A stretch of DNA of 43,835 bases, taken from positions 1-43,835 of the IMG/VR virus record IMGVR_UViG_3300029507_000004; one strand, 5' to 3'. Positions 37,372 through 43,835 of the stretch are shown here, piece by piece (the stretch's first letter is position 1; every line of letters starts with the position of its first letter). A program made the position numbers and the translations under genes. The notes under the pieces were generated by a model that searched no databases, had not been told where the DNA came from, and saw only the letters and a program-made list of their open reading frames with translations. This stretch comes from a virus.

Positions 37372-37830
37372 AAATTTAAAAATTTCTGCCCAGTGCCAAT
37401 CGGCTGGTTGGCTTACATAGATTCGGAAGAACACCCAGCAACCCGCTATCTTGGAACGACTTGGGAGAAAATCGAAGATGTTTTTATTAAGGGTACCAAA
37501 TCTGGAGAAGTTAGCGGACAGATAGGTGGTAGTAATACTGTAACAATTTCTAAAGCAAATCTTCCAGCTGTAAAAGTGCAGGTAGATGCTTTTTCTGTTA
37601 CAACTACAAAACATACGCATAATTACACCGCATTCAATCCCGGAGCTCGACGTTCTGGGGGATTTCCTGGTGGAAATGACTGGGGAAATAACTATACTAC
37701 TAATACCGTGGAAGGTGGAGGACAAAATACTGGTACAGCCTCTCCTTATACTTCTAGCTTAGGTTCTGGAACTCCTTTAGATATTACCCCTGCCTACTAC
37801 ACTGTCCATATTTGGAAACGTCTAACTTAG
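37372..37830 (+). CDS. Silent tail-fibre C-terminal cassette C
   Basis: KFKNFCPVPIGWLAYIDSEEHPATRYLGTTWEKIEDVFIKG...LGSGTPLDITPAYYTVHIWKRLT, homologous to cassette A. Confidence 0.88.
   Translation, partial: KFKNFCPVPIGWLAYIDSEEHPATRYLGTTWEKIEDVFIKGTKSGEVSGQIGGSNTVTISKANLPAVKVQVDAFSVTTTKHTHNYTAFNPGARRSGGFPGGNDWGNNYTTNTVEGGGQNTGTASPYTSSLGSGTPLDITPAYYTVHIWKRLT
37373..37391 (+). repeat. Putative crossover site C
   Basis: AATTTAAAAATTTCTGCCC, one T/C difference from the others. Confidence 0.82.
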
Positions 37831-38318
37831 CCTTTTCCAGATATTAACTACTAAATATGGAGGCATATTATTAAAAGGTGTACTATCTCCCATGTTAGCG
37901 GTGTAGGGAGCTGCACTGGTAGACATACCAGTCCAGCTTTTAGAGGCTTGGAAGCCTATTTTATTACCTGAACTACTATCTCCACCATGTCCACCTAATC
38001 CTGATTGTTTTCTATAAAATGCTCCACTACCAGCATATCCAATATAATTAGAAGTATAGAAGTCCCCAGTTATTTCTTGTGTTCCTTTTCCAAGAGAAAA
38101 GCTGTCTATCTGCAACTTTACATTAGGTAAATTTTCTTTACTAAGGGTAGTTGTAGAACTTCCACCAGTACTTCCAAGAGTATATGCAGAATTAGAACCT
38201 AACAGGAATCGACCTTCTTGCTTCTGCCAAGTTGTACCTAAAAATAGCATGGCTGGATTAGAATTATCTAAACTTAGGAAGATAGAATTTATAGGAAAAG
38301 GACAGAAATTTTTAAATT
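37822..38318 (-). CDS. Silent tail-fibre C-terminal cassette D
   Basis: Open from the repeat: KFKNFCPFPINSIFLSLDNSNPAMLFLGTTWQKQEGRFLLGSNSAYTLGSTGGSS...NNMPPYLVVNIWKRLS, homologous to cassette B. Confidence 0.88.
38300..38318 (-). repeat. Putative crossover site D (inverted)
   Basis: Reverse complement reads AATTTAAAAATTTCTGTCC. Confidence 0.85.
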
Positions 38319-38416
38319 ACTAACGATTTTAATAAAAAATACATCGAATATACAAATATATCTCTTCTAAAGTAGAAACTTTTAAAAACTAAATTACAAA
38401 TTACAAAAAATAATTT

Positions 38417-38998
38417 TTGGAGGAAAAAATGAATATAAAAGAAATAATGGAAAATATAAATTTAGAAAAAATAATGAAGGTAATAGCTTTAAATGAAATT
38501 AGTGGGAATGAAAATGTTATATGCAAATTCAGTTATGCAGGTGGAAAATCAGGGTATAGCTTTGGCAGAAGTCAATTTGATGTGACACATAATGTAAGAG
38601 CCAGAAATTTCTTAAAAAATATCTGTGGCTTTTCGGATCATGATATAAATAAGTTGTTAAAGCTTGATAAAGATATAGGATATCTAAATGAAAGATTGAA
38701 GTTATTCAGGAATGATATTGATAGGCTAGACAAAGAACATATAAACCAGATGGTAAATTATGTGGCTTCATTGGAAGGATTACCAGAATTTGAAAATGAA
38801 AAGACATTTGTTCATTTAGTAGATTATCATAATCAGTTTAATCTCAGTAAAAATGGACTTATGCACAGATTTATAAAAAGTAAAAAAACTCTCTCTTCTC
38901 AGGATATTTTAAACTTTAAATTGGGACTTAAATGGGGAAGAGAACAACCTAGAGATGTAAAAAGAAGATATAACAATATAGAAAATAACTGGAAATAG
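38417..38998 (+). CDS. Putative endolysin (lysozyme-like)
   Basis: 193 aa; ALNEISGNENVICKFSYAGGKSGYSFGRSQFDV resembles a lysozyme-like catalytic region; upstream of holin-like genes. Confidence 0.65.
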   Translation: MEEKMNIKEIMENINLEKIMKVIALNEISGNENVICKFSYAGGKSGYSFGRSQFDVTHNVRARNFLKNICGFSDHDINKLLKLDKDIGYLNERLKLFRNDIDRLDKEHINQMVNYVASLEGLPEFENEKTFVHLVDYHNQFNLSKNGLMHRFIKSKKTLSSQDILNFKLGLKWGREQPRDVKRRYNNIENNWK

Positions 38999-39008
38999 GA
39001 GGGATAAT

Positions 39009-39347
39009 ATGTTGAAAAAAATAGTTACAAATGCAGTAAGTAGTTTTTTGCCAAACATTTTAAAAAAATATCTACAGCCTGAAGAAGTGGAAAAGATAAT
39101 GGCAGATGTAGAAAAAGAAAGATTAAATGTATTTTCAAGTATAATAGAAAAAGGGGGAATACTCCATTTATTTTATGTTTATAGTATTTTAGTAATATTT
39201 CACCATATAATAACTCCTTATTTATCTGCATTTATGGGGATTCAAATATATAGCTTACCTATACCAACAGAATTAACAGCACTTGTAGGAAGCTTAGGGG
39301 CTGTTATATTAGGTAAAAAGCACTTTGATAAAAAATTAGGTAATTAA
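39009..39347 (+). CDS. Putative holin
   Basis: 112 aa; hydrophobic segments LFYVYSILVIFHHIITPYL and LTALVGSLGAVILGKK. Confidence 0.65.
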   Translation: MLKKIVTNAVSSFLPNILKKYLQPEEVEKIMADVEKERLNVFSSIIEKGGILHLFYVYSILVIFHHIITPYLSAFMGIQIYSLPIPTELTALVGSLGAVILGKKHFDKKLGN

Positions 39348-39352
39348 AGGAG

Positions 39353-39586
39353 ATGCAAATGGAATGGACAGAATACTTTAAAATAGCAGTAACAGTTGGA
39401 GGAATCCTAATGGGTTACCATAAATTTATAATGGCTCATATGGAAAAGAAAGTGGATAAAACTATGCATGACATGCAATTTAAATTCTTAGAACAGCAAA
39501 GAAAAGAAGATAATAAAGCTTTATACGAGGATATAAAGGAAATAAAAACAGAATTGAGAAAAATGACAGAATATTTGATAAAATAA
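39353..39586 (+). CDS. Small membrane-anchored coiled-coil lysis-module protein
   Basis: 77 aa; N-terminal TM then charged coiled coil. Confidence 0.55.
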   Translation: MQMEWTEYFKIAVTVGGILMGYHKFIMAHMEKKVDKTMHDMQFKFLEQQRKEDNKALYEDIKEIKTELRKMTEYLIK

Positions 39587-39630
39587 TATATATTTTAGCT
39601 GGCATTAAGATTAGTATAATAAGAATTAAA

Positions 39631-39663
39631 AAAGCAGAAAATTTCTATTTTTTCTGCTTTTTT
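39631..39663. terminator. Bidirectional terminator between lysis module and SPFH gene
   Basis: AAAGCAGAAA-...-TTTCTGCTTT with A-run and T-run flanks. Confidence 0.8.
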
Positions 39664-39693
39664 ACATCAATATTTGAATATTATTATATCAGA

Positions 39694-40620
39694 TTATTCA
39701 TTTTTTTCTTTGAATTCTCCAAATAAAGTACTGAACGTAGTTAAATTTTGAAGCTCTGAAGGAATAATTATTTTAGTAGCTTGACCATCAGCAACTTTAC
39801 TAAATGTTTCCATAGCTTTTAACATTAAAACTTCCTTATTTGCACCAGCTTCTTTTAATAATTTAATTGCTTCAGCTTCTGCCTTTTGTACAGAGAGTAT
39901 AGCTTCAGCTTCTCCCTGAGCTTCTTTTATAGTAACTTCTTTTTGTCCTTCAGCTCTTAAAATAGCAGATTGTTTTTCAGCCTCTGCTTTTAATATTTCT
40001 GATTCTTTTTCTCCTTCAGCTACAAGAATAGCAGACTGTTTTTGTCCTTCGGCTCTCAAAATAGCTTCTCTTTTTTCTCTTTCAGCTTTCATCTGTTTTT
40101 CCATAGCATCCTGTATTTCTCTAGGTGGCAAAATATTTTTTAATTCAACTCTGTTTATTTTCATTCCCCATGGATCAGTTGCTTCATCAAGAATTTTTCT
40201 CATCTGGAAGTTGATTGTATCTCTGGATGTTAAAGTAGTATCCAATTCCATATCACCTATTATATTTCTAAGAGTTGTAGCAGTGAGATTTTCTATAGCA
40301 CTTATGGGATTTTCTACTCCATATGTATATAATTTGGGATCTGTAATTTGAAAATATATTACGGAATCTATCTGCATTGTTACATTATCTTTAGTAATAA
40401 CAGGTTGAGGCTTAAAATCTATTACCTGTTCTTTTAAAGAAATCTTTTTTGCTAATTTATCAATAAAAGGGACCAGAAAGTTTATTCCAGCATTCCAGGT
40501 TTCTTTGTAAGCACCAAGCCTTTCTATTACAAAAGCTCTTGATTGTGGAACAATTTTAATGTGAAAAGTAATAAGTATTATAACAAATATAAATAATAAG
40601 AATATAATAATTAAGTTCAA
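39694..40620 (-). CDS. SPFH/stomatin-like membrane protease-associated protein
   Basis: 308 aa; VPQSRAFVIERLGAYKETWNAGINFLVPFIDK, Glu/Ala-rich coiled coil. Confidence 0.93.
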   Translation of the reverse strand: MNLIIIFLLFIFVIILITFHIKIVPQSRAFVIERLGAYKETWNAGINFLVPFIDKLAKKISLKEQVIDFKPQPVITKDNVTMQIDSVIYFQITDPKLYTYGVENPISAIENLTATTLRNIIGDMELDTTLTSRDTINFQMRKILDEATDPWGMKINRVELKNILPPREIQDAMEKQMKAEREKREAILRAEGQKQSAILVAEGEKESEILKAEAEKQSAILRAEGQKEVTIKEAQGEAEAILSVQKAEAEAIKLLKEAGANKEVLMLKAMETFSKVADGQATKIIIPSELQNLTTFSTLFGEFKEKNE

Positions 40621-40650
40621 ATTTTCCTCCTTAAGTAATAGTAATGTTTG

Positions 40651-40917
40651 CTATTGAAGAATATTGACAGTGACTTGTACAGGGTTTTGAGATTTGTTGA
40701 GTTCAATTATGACATACCATATTCCAGAGCTAGGAACAACAAAATAAACTGGGGAAGAATAATATATTCCTCCTACAAAAGAAAAAGATTTTTGAAAACG
40801 GTATTTTGAAAAATTATTAGCATCTAGGAGCATTATATTATTTTGAGTATCCTGAAAAGATATTTCTACAATATTTCCTTCTATTAAATATTTTAAATTA
40901 AAATATTTGAATTTCAA
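40651..40917 (-). CDS. DUF1883-like small protein
   Basis: 88 aa; NLKYLIEGNIVEISFQDTQNNIMLLDANNFSKYR...SPVYFVVPSSGIWYVIIEL. Confidence 0.65.
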   Translation of the reverse strand: MKFKYFNLKYLIEGNIVEISFQDTQNNIMLLDANNFSKYRFQKSFSFVGGIYYSSPVYFVVPSSGIWYVIIELNKSQNPVQVTVNILQ

Positions 40918-40956
40918 TCCTCCCTCCTTTTTCTATATAATACATAAAATTTTATT

Positions 40957-41190
40957 TTATATTTTTTTGATCATTCTAAGTTTTAAAATATGAGTATATG
41001 GAATAAATTCTAGAGAATTGTCAATATAAAGATAAGAAATTCCAAGTGTATTTAAAGTATATTTTTCTGGTGAAGAAGGAAAAAGAAATAAACAAGACAT
41101 CATATCATTAACTGCAAGAGTTCCATAATATAAAACTAGAGTAAATCCAAGATTTAAATTTTTTTCAATCACATTTTTCATATTTTTCAT
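40957..41190 (-). CDS. Hypothetical protein, paralogue of 41451-41681
   Basis: 77 aa; shares IEKNLN..F.LVLYY and LEFIPYTHILKLRMIKK. Confidence 0.6.
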   Translation of the reverse strand: MKNMKNVIEKNLNLGFTLVLYYGTLAVNDMMSCLFLFPSSPEKYTLNTLGISYLYIDNSLEFIPYTHILKLRMIKKI

Positions 41191-41450
41191 AATACCTCCT
41201 TAGTTATTAGTTAAAGATAAGTTATAACAGAAATAAATTATATAAGGTAAAATATTTAATAATGTGGATAAAGATTATAGCAGTAATCAAAGATAGTGAA
41301 ATTATGATAATTTATGAAAATATAATATCACCTTTTAGAAAATTAAATACTTTATATTTAATTTATGGATGTTTTTAAATTTTTTTATAAGAGAGGTTAA
41401 TTGGAAAAATAGGGAGAATATTTTATATATTTATTAGATTATTACAATTT

Positions 41451-41681
41451 TTAATTTTGAAGCTTTCTGGTAATTTTGAATCTTAATATTTGGTTGTATG
41501 GAATAAATTCTAAAGGTTCTTTATTATAAAGGCAGATAATACCTTCATCCTCAAAAATAAAGTTATTTTTAGAATCTTGAGATAAGAATAATTTAAAAAT
41601 TTTATTTTTAGTATTAAGGATATAGTAGTATAAAATAACAATATAATTCTGATTTAATTTTTGTTGAATAAACTTTTTCAT
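41451..41681 (-). CDS. Hypothetical protein, paralogue of 40957-41190
   Basis: 76 aa; shares IQQKLNQNYIVILYY and LEFIPYNQILRFKITRK. Confidence 0.6.
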   Translation of the reverse strand: MKKFIQQKLNQNYIVILYYYILNTKNKIFKLFLSQDSKNNFIFEDEGIICLYNKEPLEFIPYNQILRFKITRKLQN

Positions 41682-42058
41682 AATAACCTCCTAATACAAT
41701 ATAACTTAGTAATATAGAAGTAAGACAAAAATCTGAAACTATTTTGCTCTTCTAACAATTATACCATGAAATACAAATAAAAAAACAAAACTAATTATTT
41801 AGTTTGATTATTCAGGTTAGAAGTAGAAGTTATAAATAATTTAAAAATATATTAAAAATTTTATAGATTTAGAAAAAAGTTTGTTAATAATTGATATTTT
41901 TATATAAAAAATCAATATAAAATAAAAAGCCCATGTGGGCTTAAATCATTAAAATAGCTTTTGAATAATAAAAAGAAATCCATGACAAATTAATTATACT
42001 ATATTAGTTTGTACTTTAAAAGTATAGATTATATTGAAAAAATGCTTTAATAGAAAAA

Positions 42059-42298
42059 TTAATTTTTAAATGAACCTATTGAAGTTTCATTTGTACAAGA
42101 AAGACATGCAATGGGAAGATATTCAATAGATTTTGCATATTGAGAAGCTTCAATATAGTTATTAAAGTAGCCTAGATTTACAGTATCTTTTTGGCTAAAT
42201 TTTAAATTACAGTTACGAGTATGAATTACATTATAACCTAATTTATTTTTGATTTTTTTTATGATGTAAAAATACATAATCTTCATCTCCTTAGACAT
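42059..42298 (-). CDS. Small putative metal-binding protein
   Basis: 79 aa; HTRNC...NLGYFNNYIEASQYA...ACLSC. Confidence 0.55.
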   Translation of the reverse strand: MSKEMKIMYFYIIKKIKNKLGYNVIHTRNCNLKFSQKDTVNLGYFNNYIEASQYAKSIEYLPIACLSCTNETSIGSFKN

Positions 42299-42491
42299 TA
42301 GGATAATTTTTATTACAGCAGTAGATACAGCTTTTTGCCTTAGAATAGCCTTTTTTTATAGCTATTTGAATGGCAAATTTTGAAGAAGGATAATTTCCTA
42401 AATTAATAATATTTAGATATTTTATTGGATCAGCAAGAGTACATAAACTATTATGAATCTCATGTGTAAGTATATTTATATAAAATTTCAT
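42291..42491 (-). CDS. Small putative metal-binding protein, related to its neighbour
   Basis: 66 aa; HNSLC...NLGNYPSSKFAIQIA...SCIYCC. Confidence 0.55.
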   Translation of the reverse strand: MKFYINILTHEIHNSLCTLADPIKYLNIINLGNYPSSKFAIQIAIKKGYSKAKSCIYCCNKNYPNV

Positions 42492-43174
42492 GGATATATC
42501 ATCTCCTTTTAAAGTTTGAGAATAAAATAAATGATAATTGAGTGGAAGAATAGTTAAAAAAATAATTATTTTATAAAAGAATGAAAGATATATTTTCTAT
42601 CTACAGCGTATCACAAAAAAATGGAAAGCACAATTTATACTTTTGAAAAATAGAATTATTAAAAATATTTGTTAATGATTTGTTTTTTAGGAATAAAAGG
42701 ATAAACAGCTTTTTATTTAATCTACAAAAGGGTAATGTAAAGAATAAGAATACTTGTTTTAAGATTCTATGTAGCATTTCTTATAAATAGTATATTAAGT
42801 AAGAGATAAAGAATCTTAAATAAAAATATTTAAAATACAATAAAATCAAAGAAAAAATTTTCTTGTTTTTATGGAAAAATATAAAGTAATAAAGAAAAAA
42901 TAGAGTATTTGGCAAAAATAAGTTAGCAAATATTTTTATATGATTCAGAATTTTTTAAATATTTTTTAATTAAGTAAATGAAAAATTGGTTTGATTTTCT
43001 TAAAATATACTTTAAAACTTGCTAATTTGTATTAAATATAGTATCATTGTTTAGAAATATTTATTTCATTAAAAAAATTTTTATCTAAAAATTTTACTAA
43101 AAACAAATGAATTTGTATTTAAAACTTTCGAAAGTTCCAAGAAACCAAAAAAATACTAGATGAGGAGATTTTTC

Positions 43175-43771
43175 ATGAATAAAAAAGGACAGGAAGTTAG
43201 ATATATAAATAAAAGTGATTTAGTAAATATAAGAAAATATTTTAAAGAAAATAAAAAAATAATAATGTTAGCATTAATCAATATAGGAGTAAATGTAGGA
43301 TTAAGAATTTCAGATCTTTCTAGATTAAGATTTGAAAACATAAATGGTGATTATACAATAAGGTTAAAAGAAAAGAAAACTAAAAAAATCAGAAAGATAA
43401 AACTTAATTCTGTATGTAAAGAAGCAATAGAGGAACTTAAAATCTATTATAAAGAAATGGGATTTTCATCAGAGGAAGGTTTCTTATTTAAATCTTTAAA
43501 TAGAAAGTATGTGAAGGAATTGATAGATAAACCTATTTCAACAGTAGGAATTTCTAAATACTTAAATAAAGCTAGAGAAGATTTAAATATTAGTTATCCA
43601 ATAGGAACTCATTCATTGAGGAAAACATGGGGACATAGGGTTTATAAAGGGACATTAGATATAGCAATAGTAATGACTATATTGAATCATTCTTCTGCCA
43701 ATCAAACATTAAAATATATAGGAATAGAAGAAGATAAAATAAATAAAATTTATGAAAAGTTTGAAATTTAA
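43175..43771 (+). CDS. Small tyrosine recombinase (Fim/XerC-like size, no N-terminal arm domain)
   Basis: LINIGVNVGLRISDLSRLRFENI, IGTHSLRKTWGHRVY, ILNHSSANQTLKYIGI; start at 43175 behind GAGGAG. Confidence 0.85.
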   Translation: MNKKGQEVRYINKSDLVNIRKYFKENKKIIMLALINIGVNVGLRISDLSRLRFENINGDYTIRLKEKKTKKIRKIKLNSVCKEAIEELKIYYKEMGFSSEEGFLFKSLNRKYVKELIDKPISTVGISKYLNKAREDLNISYPIGTHSLRKTWGHRVYKGTLDIAIVMTILNHSSANQTLKYIGIEEDKINKIYEKFEI

Positions 43772-43835
43772 TAAATTTGGTAATAAGAAAAAGTTGTAGT
43801 AAGTAAAAAGTTAACATAAATGGAATTATAAAATA

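Noticed and set aside
37393-37411. Resemblance of GTGCCAATCGGCTGG in cassette C to the R64 shufflon sfx repeat as I recall it (GTGCCAATCCGGT...)
   Set aside because: Present in only one of four cassettes, so it cannot be the shared crossover site; treated as a chance or protein-level (PVPIGW) coincidence unless an alignment says otherwise.

Overview
AT-rich window, probably Fusobacterium-like (inferred from composition and protein style). It holds a near-complete prophage of contractile-tail (myovirus-like) organisation. The prophage sits directly 3' of a tRNA-Asp/Thr/Leu cluster and runs from a large serine integrase (280-1674, -) to a lysis cassette ending near 39586. Flanking the right end are a stomatin/SPFH gene, small paralogous genes and a small tyrosine recombinase.

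The most interesting system is a probable shufflon-like tail-fibre switch at about 34611-38318. Four alternative fibre C-terminal cassettes (A+, B-, C+, D-) each begin in the same frame at a shared 19-bp sequence (AATTTAAAAATTTCTGYCC). They form two convergent pairs flanking a tyrosine recombinase gene. Only cassette A is joined to the fibre N-terminus. Cassette B has no start codon and is missing from the supplied ORF track, but it is fully open when read on the minus strand from the repeat.

Other notable elements:
- a 9-repeat, 8-spacer CRISPR array with no cas genes, inside the prophage
- a SIR2-domain candidate defence gene beside the repressor
- five copies of a putative repressor operator, TTATAC-N5-GTATAA, including imperfect copies
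- a structured leader in front of the replication gene
- a probable +1/-2 translational frameshift in the tail-assembly chaperone gene
- a HicAB/lipoprotein/membrane-protein cargo inserted before the tape measure gene.
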